NCBI GenBank assembly: GCA_043228905.1
Contig: JBHGNT010000006.1
Coordinates: 11,408,001 to 11,472,000 of the forward strand
Direction of reading: 5' to 3'
Source of the DNA: Azolla caroliniana
Taxonomy: Eukaryota; Plantae; Polypodiophyta
Length of the DNA: 64,000 nt
Part shown: one piece after another, positions 38,702 to 50,280 of the stretch
Layout: each line of letters starts with the position of its first letter
Numbering within the stretch: position 1 is the stretch's first letter
Notes under the pieces: model-generated
Told to the model about the DNA's origin: nothing
The model's database searches: none
The model's input: only the letters and a program-made list of their open reading frames with translations
Program-made: the position numbers and the translations under genes

Positions 38702-41700
38702 ATGACGAGACCAACGCACGACCTGGTTACAGACCGAGCTCGACGCCTCGCCGAACGGCAAAGACGGCGTGAGACTTTCCAGCAAGCAACGCACGAAATT
38801 CGCTCGGATCGTTCGTTCTCCAACGAGATCCGGAGAGTTGCGGAGGAATCTCTTCGGTTACAGCAAACTCGCGACCAGGACGACGGAAGCGGTCTAAGTA
38901 GTCTCCGCGAAACCGAACGCCTCCTCGAGGCGCTGGCAAGCGGAGAAAACGAGGCAGAAGCCTTTTCAGCCTACGAATCGGATTCCGAAGGGGGATACAA
39001 CGTGCACACGAACTACCGGAGCAGCAACGATACCCCCGGCGGCCCGGAGGACGACGGGTCGGATACCGTGCCGACTCCAGAACCGGAACCGTTCGACCAG
39101 GGCTATCCGGAACCGCAAACGGAAGCCGTCAACCCACCAACACCGGAAGTGGAAGAAGCAAAGCCACCAACACCAACGAAAGAGCCGGCGAAGGTACCGG
39201 AAGAAGAGCCGGTGAAGGAACCGGAAAAAGAACCGGAAGAGGAACCGGAAAAAGCACCAGCAAAAGAACCGGAAGTGGAACCGGAGAGAAAACCGGAAAG
39301 ATATCAACAAACGCCACTAAACCGCGGCCTAATACTGGACGACGACATGCCGTTCCAATACTCAAAGTATCGCGATGATCCGGACGCGGAAGCGCATGTT
39401 CATGCCTTCGAGCAGACATGGGAAGCAAATCACGCGTCCCAGCGACTGACACCGGAGGAAGAAGAACGCTCGAAGATAGCGGAATTCGGGGTCACGTTGG
39501 AAGGACCAGCGGCACGATGGCGGCGGACGCAGGACCCGGCGACCATCACAACCTTTGCAGAATTAAAAGCAAAATTCTTGCATTTTTTCCACAAGGAGGT
39601 CGACCAGACGACAATGGTGGGCCTGTTTTATACGATCCGACAAGAGGCAGGGGAAAGCATTCCCCAATTCGTCATCCGTTTCCAACGAATGCATAGCCAG
39701 CTTGCCCGTGCACCCCCGGAGGAGGAATTACGGACGATATTTTTAAACGCACTCCGGGAACCGTTACGCACGGTGTGTACGGTGATCGACTTTCAAGGAA
39801 GCACCATTGACCAGGTCATTGACCGGGTCAGAGAAATGGAAAAGTCAAGCTCATGGCTTACACTGGGAGCACTGCAACGGGCGTTACCCACCGATGAAGA
39901 TCTCCGGTTCCGGCAGGCAATTCAATGCACAATCTGCTTGAATGCCGGACACTCGGCAGTGGAGTGCACCATGCGAACCCAGTGTGTGATTTGTCAATCC
40001 AAGAGTCATACAACGGACCGGTGCGAGTATAACCTGTTAAACCGACGAGCACCACCCGTCCGACGGATCGAGCCAAGAAGCAGCCGAGACGAAGACGAAG
40101 ATCGTTGGCAAAGAATGAACCGGTACCGACCGGCACAGGATGTCCGGTACGGAGACAAACAAGAGAATGATGGCCGGTACGGGGATCGGCATGATAACTA
40201 CGACCGGTATGAGCGATCGGACCGTTATCGGGAGTCCAACAGACGACACGAGCAATACGACAGAGACCATTCCCCTGGTTACCGAAGGCACCAGGAGGAC
40301 TACGACCGATGTTACGATCCACCACGACAGGACTACCGAAATAAAAATAAGAATAATAAGAAACGTAATTTCAAGAAAGGTGGTCACACTAGGGACCCGG
40401 AACATGGAACCCCAAGGAGCCAACCGGCACAAAACGCACCACTCACTACGGGACCGACTCCGGCTACCAGCAATGCTGAATCCAGCAATACCCGTAAAGA
40501 GTACTGCTACTACTGCAGGCAGGAAGGCCACTACAGTAACCAGTGCCCGGCAAAGAGCTACGATAAACGACCAGCAGTTAATATGGTGGTTCCGGAAGTG
40601 GCGGATGTACAACAAGTAACCACACGGTCGAAAGGCATGGCCAAAGAGTGGGAAACACAAGAGGCCATACGAAAATAGGCGACGGAATGGGTGAAGGAAG
40701 CCAATGAAAGGAACGTCGCGGACTCGGAACGACAAAAGGCGAATACCATAGGGAGTGCCGGCGGTAGCCACACAGAAAACGAGACATGGCAAGCACTGCA
40801 AGAATGTCAGATCACGTTGCCATTAGGAAGACTCTTGCAGCTCGTGCCGCGATTTACGGAAGGACTAAAAACGGTCATGACAGACGGTATAGCCCCACCG
40901 GCACCAGTCCTCTTCTCGAATCCGGAGGAGGGACCGACGGTGGTGGACACTAGTAGTCCGGTGATTACAGCTATTGTCAAAGGGCACGAACTTCCCGACA
41001 CAGTAATCGATGGAGGTTCCGGGGTGAACGTAATAAGCCTTCGCACGTGTGATGCCTTGGGTATACATGAATGGGAGCCATGTCCGTTCTGGCTACGGAT
41101 GGCGGATACGAGCTCTGTACGGCCGACGGGCTTAATACGGAAATTGGAGGTCACCATAGGAGGTCACACATTTCACATCTCGGCTGTAGTGCTGCAGCTA
41201 CAGGCGCAAGGCGCGTACCCACTGTTGCTGGGCAGACCATGGTTGAAAACAACACACATCAAGCAAAATTGGCGGAAAAATATGATTACCTTCCGGCGCG
41301 GAAAAGCCAAGGTCCGGGTACCGACACAACCACGGACGAGCAACGGTAAGGAATGCACACCGCTGTATGCGGAATGCGTGAACATGCTTGAAGGGTTGGC
41401 AGACGACGAAGAAGCCCAGTACTTGGAGGAACACCCGAAGATCGTACCACTCTTCGAGATTGACGTAGCTGAAGCCGTAGCGCCATACTTGCCGCAGTGG
41501 GACGAAACCGAAGCCGAACCAGACAAAGATTCGATTCGGGAATTACGGCAAGCACAGGAAGCGTTGGAACGGGAAATGGCCGTTTCCCAACGGGTAAAAA
41601 CATCCCAGCTCGATGAAGTGAACCTAGGAAGCAAGGACGAATCAAAGCCGGTACACATCGCCAAAGAAATGAAGCCGGAAGATAAAGCGGCGATGATCAA

Positions 41701-44584
41701 ACTTCTCACGGAGTTTCGCGACGTATTCGCCTGGTCATACGAAGACATGCGAGGGCTGGACCCTCAATTATATTAGCATCACATCCACTTAGGCAAAGAC
41801 GCGAAACCAGTGGCGCAAAGACGTTACCGAATGAACCCCAACTACGCCGCCAAAGTGAAGGAGGAAATCGACAAACTCCTAAGAGTGGGCTTCATCCGGC
41901 CGGTAAAGAAAGCGACGTGGCTGAGCCCCATCGTCGTCGTCCCAAAGAAGAACGGTAAAATCCGCGTGTGTGTAGATTACAGGAAACTAAATGCAGCCAC
42001 AATTACGGATGCATTCCCTCTTCCGTTCACGGATGGAGTACTGGATGCCGTCGCCGGCCGTGAAGTTTATAGCTTTTTAGACGGGTTCAGCGGATACAAT
42101 CAAATCCGGATGCACCCTGACGACCAGGAGAAGACAACGTTCGTCACTGAATGGGGGGTGTTTGTGGCCGTAGTAATGATGTTCGGACTAAAAACGGCAC
42201 CAGCAACTTTCCAGCGAATCATCATGGAGATCTTCGGCGAATACATTCCAGCCTTCATGCAGGTTTTCCTGGATGACTTTGCAGTCTATAGCCGGGAAAA
42301 AGACCATTTGCAGCACCTACGGTTATGCCTTGAAAAGTGTAGGTTATACCGGCTAAGCTTAAACCCAGCAAAATGCATCTTTGGGGTTTCAAGTGGAATA
42401 TTACTGGGACACATTGTAAGTAAGGAGGGCATTGCGGTCGACCCGGACAAAGTAAACGCGATACTAGGGGCACCGGCGCCGAAAACGGCCAAAGCACTAA
42501 GCCGATTCTTAGGACAGATCCGGTGGCACAGCCGGATGCTCCGTCACTTGGCTGACTTGGCTACACCATTACACACCGCGGTACATCGGACACCGTTGCA
42601 ATGGACGGATACGGAGGATAGGGCATACAATGCCCTGAAGGTACTTTTGTCACAAGCACCCGTCGTGCAGCCTCCGGATTGGAGCAAGGAATTTCATGTG
42701 TTCGTCGACGCTTCCGACATCGCTATCGACAGCGCCTTAATGCAACTTACGGAGCCTAAATGGTACCGGCCGGTATATTACGCTAGCCGGAAGCTGTCCC
42801 AAGCGGAGAAGAACTATTCGACGACGGAACGGGAGGCCCTGGGCATGATCTACAGTGTAACAAAGTTTCGTCATTACCTATTGGGAAGGAAGTTCTCCTT
42901 TCATGTGGATCACTCGGCGCTCCTGTACTTAGTGTCCAAGGCGTCCCTGACCGGTAAGTTGGCTCGTTGGACCTTGCTGTTGCAGGAGTTCGAATTCGAG
43001 ATCTTCCACCGGCCTGGTATCTAGCATGCCGTAGCAGACTACCTGAGCCGGTTAGAGTCCGGAGAATCAGGCGACGGAGTATCGGATGAATTCCCGGACG
43101 CAGAGTTATTCCGTATCACCCCGGAAACGGCAGCGGACGACACGGTGGCATCAGAAGATAGGTGGCTGACAAACATGCACCAGTTCCTAAGCACGGGCCT
43201 GCCACCGGAGGAAATGAACCGGGACGAGAGGAAACGACTGGCGGTGCAGAGCCGCAATTTCTGTCTGTTACGGGACACTCTCTACCACAAGGGAGCAGAT
43301 GGAATATGGAGACGGGCAGTCCGTAGTGACGAGAAAGAAGTAATCTTACGGGAAGCACACTATGGGGTTGCCGGAGGACACTATGCCGGGGAAGCGACGG
43401 CAAGGAAAGTATGGCAGAGCGGCTTATGGTGGCCCACGACGTTAAAAGACGCCGTCAAGTATGCTAAGGAATGTGACCTATGCCAACGAATGGGCCAGCC
43501 TACGGAGCAAGCACGGATGCCACACCAACCGGTACTTCCACTAGAGCCATTCCAGAAGTGGGGGTTGGATTTTGTCGGACCGTTCAAGCCACCGGCAATG
43601 AGAACGGGTAATCGTTATGTCATCGTGGCAACAGATTATTGCACTAAATGGGTGGAGGCTAAGGCCTTGAGAGACAACACCGCGTCATCCACAGCAAAAT
43701 TCCTGTACGAAAACATTTGGTGCCGATATGGATGTCCGATTGAATTAATCAGCGACCAAGGAGGGCACTTCCTCGGCCAGGTAGTTGAAAGCTTAACAAC
43801 GTTCTATGCCGTGGTCCATAAACGGAGCACACCGTACTACCCACAAGCAAACGGGTTAGCAGAGTCAACCAACAAAACGCTCCAGAACATTCTCCGCAAA
43901 ATCGTCAATGAAAACCGGACGGATTGGGATACAAAGCTCCATAGCGCGCTATGGGCGTACCGAACGGCATACAAAACAAGTATCCGGACAACGCCGTTCC
44001 GGTTAGCGTTCGGCTTAGAGGTGGTCATGCCGGTGGAATTTCAGGTACCAAGCTTACGGATCCAACTACGGGAACGGCTGAATGAAAAGGAGTCGGAGGA
44101 AATGCGGCTAGCAGCACTATGCGAACTGGAGGAGCAACGGCTGGCCAACATCCTACACATGGAACTGGAGCAACGACGACGGAAAGCATTCGTTGACCGT
44201 CACCGGAAAGGTAATGAAAAGATGTTCGAAATCGGAAAGCCGGTGCTAGTATTCCAAACGAGGATGGGCAAGATGCCGGGTAAACTCCAGTTTAGATGGA
44301 CAGGCCCGTATTGGCTGACACGGGAATACAACGGGTCCTATCAGTTAGGGACACTTGCCGGTGAAGTGCTAGACAAGTGGGTCAACGGTTTTAGACTAAA
44401 GCCCTATAAAGGACCGATGCCAAGTAACCCATTTATGCAGCCCACCGGCACTATACCGGGAACCTGTCCGGGAACGGTACGGATGGAAGAAAAAGACGAC
44501 GGGGAACCCGTAGCAGAGGCGAAGGAAGACACGGCAACCCGTAAGGAAAACGGTAAGGGTCCGAAGGGACCTACGGATGTGTAA
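38702..44584 (+). CDS. Gag-Pol polyprotein in a single frame, interrupted by 3 TAG codons (40676, 41774, 43022)
   Basis: Gag with three CCHC knuckles; protease VIDGGSGVN; RT FLDGFSGYNQI and FLDDF; RH VDASD; INT WGLDFVGP, SDQGGHF, YPQANGLAE, WTGPY; no chromodomain. Confidence 0.93.
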
Positions 44585-44963
44585 GATCACATACCGTCAT
44601 TTATAAAAAAAAAAAAAGAAAAGAAAAAAAAAGAAATCATTAAAAATCGAGGTATGAACGGACGTGAAAGCAAGGAGCGAAAAGGTACGTAGTGGGCATT
44701 TAAGAGCCGCCACATTACTTAATACTAAATTGGTACACGACGTGCGCATGCTCGAAAAAGGCACCAAGACGCACAGAGAAAAAGCAGAACGCATGGAGAC
44801 CTTTTCATTTCGCGAGCCAAGAAGCACAGAAGCACCAAGGCGGTTGAAGCTTAGCAAACGCGAACCTGCACTCAGAGAACCCCCACGTTCGGAACTCTCT
44901 CTCTCTCGCTCTCACTCTCATCACCACTCTACCTCGCCATCTTTCCTCGACCTCGAAGCAGAC

Positions 44964-47633
44964 ATGGACCCACAAACGCTGTCGGAAGCGGCCAGGAAAT
45001 GGCTCAGGCAACACGGACTGGATGGGTTCTTGACCATCATGGAGGCACCACCGCACAAAGAAGCCGACCGGGTCATCAAGGAGCTCGACACAGAAGTCAT
45101 CACCGAGGAAGCGATCCGTGCGCTAACAGGCCTTCCGGAGGGAGGTATTTTTCAGATCGATAACCCAACCTCGGAGCAACTCATCCGATATTTCGGTGAG
45201 TACTCTCTAGCCGGCAAAGGCTATCGAACGCAGGGCGGCGAAGATCCGCTATTCAGGGAGATAGCTCGAGTGCTCCATGAGTATGGCCACGTGTACCCCC
45301 GACCCCCTGTCATGCCAAAAAATCGGGCAGGGATGATCATAGCCACCTATGAAGGGATCAAGGTGGATTGGCCGGTGTTGATTGCAGACGGTTTGTGCGC
45401 GGCAATCGACACGGTACGAGGAAAGGACGGCAAGGAGGGCCGGAAGCTGTGGCATGCCGTAGCTCAGTGGATAACATTGCTCGCGCCGCCAGTCGAGACC
45501 GTCCAGCCAAAGAAGCGGCCAAGATTATCGGAAGGAAGCACCTCGAAACCTGCGTCCAAACGACAGCAGCTGCTGGCGTCGAAGGCGACGAAAGGGAAGA
45601 AACGGCTCCCAGAACCGGAGGAGGTGTCACCGGTCCGACCCGTTAAGATAACGATACGGCGACCGGGACAGAAGGAACCGGAACCCTTGACGGCACAGAT
45701 ACATGCCGTTACCCAGGAAGAGGAAACGGAGGAGCCAGTAGAGCACCTCCAACGACGGTCAAGAAGTAGGACCGCCGGGACAGCGGGGGAGCGTTCGGAC
45801 CCGCAAAAGGAAGAAACGCCCCCAACTCAACCTGAGCAAACCACAAGGGAGGAACCAGAACCGGTGCGTATAGAACCGGCCTTGTCGACTTCTATACAAG
45901 AAGTCATTGCAACGGCTCCGGAGACGGCGAGAACCGGAACTCAACAGCCGGCGAGCCCAGCCAACACACACAGCGGCCAAGGAGTAGAACCAGAACGGCA
46001 GATACAGGCACTCAGGCCAGACAATTCCACAGTGAACGAGCCGACCCGACCAGTACAGCAGCAAGGCACCAGTAGCATGTGGCTACGGTGGGTAGGCGAG
46101 CAGATCGCCGGAGCGGTCGAGTACATAGAGGCGGAGGAGAGAGCGCACCACGAACGGTTGCTCGTCACAACCGTAGATCTAGAGACGGCCTGGTCCAGAA
46201 TCCGGAGCCTTGAACAAGACTTGGACAGGGTCACAAGGGAAATGGCTCAATTGGCTTTGACAACACAAGTCCAAGCACCGGTGACTCCGGGCAATGTACA
46301 GAATAAAGCGTCAGATCAACCTGTACATAGCAATCAGACCCCGGCAACGGAAACCGTTCCGGAGAGAAATGCGGCACAAGCCCAAGAGCTTGCGGACTTA
46401 AAGGATGAGCTAGCTGCCCAAGAAGCACTGAGGAGCCGCGAAAGAGAGTTGAAGACGGCAGCGGAGGCAGAACCCAAAAAGACTGCTGAGAATCTACGCC
46501 GGGCCGAGGAGAGCTTACGAAAAGGCCACCAAGCGTACGACCGGCTCAAGGAGGAAAAGGAGAAAATGCTGCAAGAGAAGGACAGGCTCCGGAGAAACGC
46601 CGAAACAGAAGTAGAGCGCCTGAAAGAGGAACTCCGGCAGCTAAAGGACCGGGAGGACCGGAACCATCGCCAGATCAACGGCAAGCTCAAACAAAAAACG
46701 GAGGAATTTGAGCACTTGCACCGGGAGTATAAACGGTTGCAAACGGAGCACAAGGAACGGACGGATGAGCTCCGGCAAGCAGTTGATCGGACCGCAACGG
46801 CATACGCTAATGAACAAGTGGAAACCAGAAGACGGTTGGAAGAGGCGGAGAAGGTTCGGACAGAGCTCCTCAGGCAACAGCAGGCGGAAAGAGAAAGAGT
46901 GGCGGAGGTACTGCAGAGGCTGCAGACAACATATCAAGGGCAGCTGACGCGCTATAGAGAGCAGGCGGAGGATACGGCTAATCTCATCAAGCAGTTGAAG
47001 GAGGAACGACAAGTTGTGGAAAGTAGAGCGCAAATGGGAGCAAGTCGCATCCAGGATATCATGCGGGCCTGGTTGAACCAGACCAAGAGCTTGATTGACA
47101 ACGGTTCCGTCAAATGGTGGACCAAGTGGGCCCCGAACGCGGCGGAACTCCAATTGCTCCGGGCCGACGTAGAGAACCGGCGGAAGGAGGGAGATGATTG
47201 CTATATGCTGACTTCCGAAGACTTCACCGGCATAAGAGATGAGCTGGTCGAAGACTTTCAAGCCTTGGCAGAGGACCAACTAGGGCAAGTCCGGCAACTT
47301 GTAGCTCAGCTGGACGACGACAGGCTAGAGGCGCAGATCCAGTTTGAAAGCTACGAGAGGTCCCGGATCCGGGAAGAGAAAGCACGAGAACCAGTAACGG
47401 TCAACCTCAGTGATGAGGAACCGTTACTGGAAGGAGACCGGACCGGAAGCAGTCAAACGGGGATGCCGGAGTCAGAGAAACAAACGGAGCAGCCGCCTAT
47501 AGAGCAGCCGGAGCAGTCTCAGTCCCAACCGCAACCACAGCAGCAGCAGCAAGCACAGCCGCAACAACCACAACCGGAAGAACAATTGGAAACTCTGGAA
47601 CAAAGTATTTTGGACAATTTGGGTGAACAATGA
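44964..47633 (+). CDS. Extra retrotransposon ORF3 (~889 aa): globular N-domain, basic NLS-like motifs, disordered linker, long coiled coil, Q/P-rich tail; function unknown
   Basis: Uninterrupted frame 44664-47633. The likely start is ATG 44964, after a CT-rich leader; upstream in-frame ATGs also exist. Confidence 0.85.
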   Translation: MDPQTLSEAARKWLRQHGLDGFLTIMEAPPHKEADRVIKELDTEVITEEAIRALTGLPEGGIFQIDNPTSEQLIRYFGEYSLAGKGYRTQGGEDPLFREIARVLHEYGHVYPRPPVMPKNRAGMIIATYEGIKVDWPVLIADGLCAAIDTVRGKDGKEGRKLWHAVAQWITLLAPPVETVQPKKRPRLSEGSTSKPASKRQQLLASKATKGKKRLPEPEEVSPVRPVKITIRRPGQKEPEPLTAQIHAVTQEEETEEPVEHLQRRSRSRTAGTAGERSDPQKEETPPTQPEQTTREEPEPVRIEPALSTSIQEVIATAPETARTGTQQPASPANTHSGQGVEPERQIQALRPDNSTVNEPTRPVQQQGTSSMWLRWVGEQIAGAVEYIEAEERAHHERLLVTTVDLETAWSRIRSLEQDLDRVTREMAQLALTTQVQAPVTPGNVQNKASDQPVHSNQTPATETVPERNAAQAQELADLKDELAAQEALRSRERELKTAAEAEPKKTAENLRRAEESLRKGHQAYDRLKEEKEKMLQEKDRLRRNAETEVERLKEELRQLKDREDRNHRQINGKLKQKTEEFEHLHREYKRLQTEHKERTDELRQAVDRTATAYANEQVETRRRLEEAEKVRTELLRQQQAERERVAEVLQRLQTTYQGQLTRYREQAEDTANLIKQLKEERQVVESRAQMGASRIQDIMRAWLNQTKSLIDNGSVKWWTKWAPNAAELQLLRADVENRRKEGDDCYMLTSEDFTGIRDELVEDFQALAEDQLGQVRQLVAQLDDDRLEAQIQFESYERSRIREEKAREPVTVNLSDEEPLLEGDRTGSSQTGMPESEKQTEQPPIEQPEQSQSQPQPQQQQQAQPQQPQPEEQLETLEQSILDNLGEQ

Positions 47634-47685
47634 AGGGGCCGAGAAGGGTTCGACGTACAAGGTACTGTCCCACGGGCGTGCCATG

Positions 47686-48104
47686 TGTTACCGGCCGGCA
47701 AGAAGTCCAAAATACGGAGTGAAGGAATTAATTAAGTATGGTTGTAAATAAGCATAGTATGGACGGACGGACTGGAAACGGTATGCCGTTCCAGATCCGG
47801 ACGGATCCCGAATAGGTGCGATAGGCACCGTTTTGTACTACGGACCGGAAACCTATTTAAAGGCCCGGAGCCCATTGTAATCGCAGCGGATAATTAATAG
47901 AGCGTATGGTGTTTATACTTCTGTGTTGATTTCCGTTCTGTACTTACTGTTATATCTTACGCGTGTAATTAACAAAAGAGCTCTAATCGTGTAACCTACT
48001 TAGGTCGGTGTAATCGTTGAGTCATAATCCTATGCCGTAATCACCCTTTGGTGAAGTGTCTCCGTGACACCTTGTGTTAGGCCTTGTCCGGTCAGAGAAC
48101 AACA
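47686..48104 (+). repeat. 3' LTR
   Basis: Matches the 5' LTR except aatcAttg/aatcGttg; followed by TSD CCTCC. Confidence 0.97.
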
Positions 48105-50280
48105 CCTCCTGATCCGGCTCGTCAAATCTTTCCTCTGAGTGCACGACATACGGTGTGACGGCTTCGGCGACATCTACCTCAAATAACGGTACTATCTTCA
48201 GATGTTCATCTAGGTACCGGTCGACTTCGTCGTCTGCTAATCCATCCAACATGTTTATGCTCTCTGCGTATAGCGGTGTCAGCTCCTTATTGGTACTTGT
48301 GAGTGGTTGGGTCGGTACCCGCACTTTCATCTTCCCTCTTCGGAAGGTAATGACGTTCTTCTGCCAATTTTGCTTTATATGCTCCGTCTTTAGCCATGGT
48401 CTACTTAACAGTATGGGATAAGCTCCCAACGCGTTGAGTTGCAAGACTACCGCGGATATCCAGAATGCATGCCCACCGATTGTAATTTCCCAGTTCAGGA
48501 TGAGTCTGGTTGGCCGAACCAAATCGGTATCAGCTAGAATGGGCAGGGTTCCCATTCTTTGATACCAAGGGTGTCGTAGGTTCATTGGTTTATCATGTTT
48601 ACTTCGGAACCTCCATCTACAATTGTCCTGGGTATTTCTTTCCCTTTGATGATAACCGTTATCGTTGGATTGTTGGTGTCCACTATTGCCGGTCCTTCCT
48701 TCGGGTTGGAGAAGAATCATGATGCCGGCTCCGGGTTTTTTGATGTTACCACCGATTTAAGTCCTTCCGTGAATCGGGGAACTAATTGCAACATGCGACC
48801 TAGGAGCAACATGATCTGACACTGTTGTAACGCGTGCCAGGTGGGGTTGTTGTGCGTGCTCCATATTGGTTCCTTTGGAGGCTGGATCTATTCTTTCACG
48901 TCGGCCTCATTCCATTGATTTTCTTTCTGTATTCATTCAATGGCTTGCTTCGTGATGGCCTTCTGGGTCTCCCACTTGGCAGCTTTTCCTTTGGATCTTG
49001 TTGTGACTTGTTGAACATGCATCACCTCCTCGGTCACCATGTTTACCGTCGGCTACTTCTCATTGTTCTTGACCGGGCACTGGCCACTGTAATGTCCCTC
49101 CTTTCGGCAATAATAGCAGTACGTCTTCCGGATGTTGCTCGATTCTCCTTTTTCTATATTCCCTGGCAGCATACCAAAAGTCATCTGATTATTCTCTTCC
49201 ATCCTCCATTGCTCTATTTGCGCCATGGCCGCATTTGTACCTAGCTCCCATCAGTACTCGCTAGTTGGTTCCTGACATTCTTCTCGACGATACTTACCCT
49301 TACGGTTGTGACAACGGTGGTTCCGGTGCCCTTGGCGTTCCGGGTACAGATTATACTCACATCGGTCCATAGTATGTGACCGGGAATGACATAACATGTA
49401 GTGCGTCCTCATTGTGCATTCTAGTGTGGAATGTCCCGGGTTCAGGCACGTTGTGCATTGCACTGTTTGGTGAAATCGAAGATCTTCTTTAGGAAGCACT
49501 CGTTGGAGAGCCCCCATGGACATCAAGGTACTGCACTTATGCATCTCCAAGACCTGGTCAATGACTTGATTCATAGTGTTGGTCCGGAAATCCAGTACCA
49601 CACACATTGTTCGGAGGGGTTCCCGGAGTGCAACCAAAAATATTGACTTCACCTCATCTTCCTATGGTGCTCGAGTCAGTTGGTTGTGCAACATTTGGAA
49701 CCAGATGGTAAACTGTGGGACAGTTTCCTGTTGCTCCTGATACGTCATGTAGAATTGGCCGACCAACTCTCTCAGTTCTACCTGTCGGTGGAACAATCAC
49801 AAGAATTTAGTTTTGAGGGCGTCGAATGTGGCAAAGCTACCGGGTAGGTTCTTTGCATGCCACCGTGTTGCCGGTCCTTCTAGTGTCATGCCAAATTCTG
49901 TGATCTTGGAATGTTCGTCTTCTGCGTCCATCAAGCATTGCGAGACATGGTTAGCTTACCATGTTTGCAAGAAGGCATACACATGGGCTTTTGCGTTGGG
50001 GTCATCTCGGTACTTTGAGTATGGGTATGGCATGATGTCTTCTTCGGAAGGGTGCGTTGGGGGTGACATTGGTATCCAATCCTCTTCTAACTCTGGCTTC
50101 CAGTTCGGTGGTGGCATTGGTATGCGATTGTTCTTTTCCTCAGATTGGCGGTCTGGTGGTAGTGTTGTTCTGTGCTTCGTCCTTCCCTCCGATTGTTGGT
50201 CTTGGTTTGACTTGTGGACCGACAATGTGGGTAATGTTGTTTCTGAATTTGGTGTTGGTTCGTGCTCCGAACCATCTTTT
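48105..50280 (-). mobile_element. Older non-chromoviral Gypsy, 5' piece (gag and protease), degenerate
   Basis: YSKYRDDPNAKAHV, LREPLRTMC, CTTCLNPGHSTLEC and GAYPILLSRPWLKT align with the young element; the frame joins 38229 across the TSD (EPDQE|AIRELRQAQE). Confidence 0.92.

Larger units (their letters stand above)
38230..48104 (+). mobile_element. Full-length young non-chromoviral Ty3/Gypsy LTR retrotransposon (Phygy/Selgy/Athila-related) with an extra 3' ORF
   Basis: 419-bp LTRs at 38230-38648 and 47686-48104 (one mismatch seen), 5-bp TSD CCTCC on both sides, PBS, gag-pol and ORF3. Confidence 0.97.

Noticed and set aside
38702-44584. TAG reassigned to Gln (alternative genetic code)
   Set aside because: TAG also replaces Trp codons in other elements here and is absent from the host gene frames and ORF3; deamination explains it.
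44664-47633. ORF3 as a retroviral env or captured SMC/myosin
   Set aside because: No signal peptide, transmembrane segment or Walker motifs; the similarity would be generic coiled-coil composition.
48022-48720. 232-aa ORF as an independent gene
   Set aside because: Frameshifted protease region of the old Gypsy running into the young LTR.
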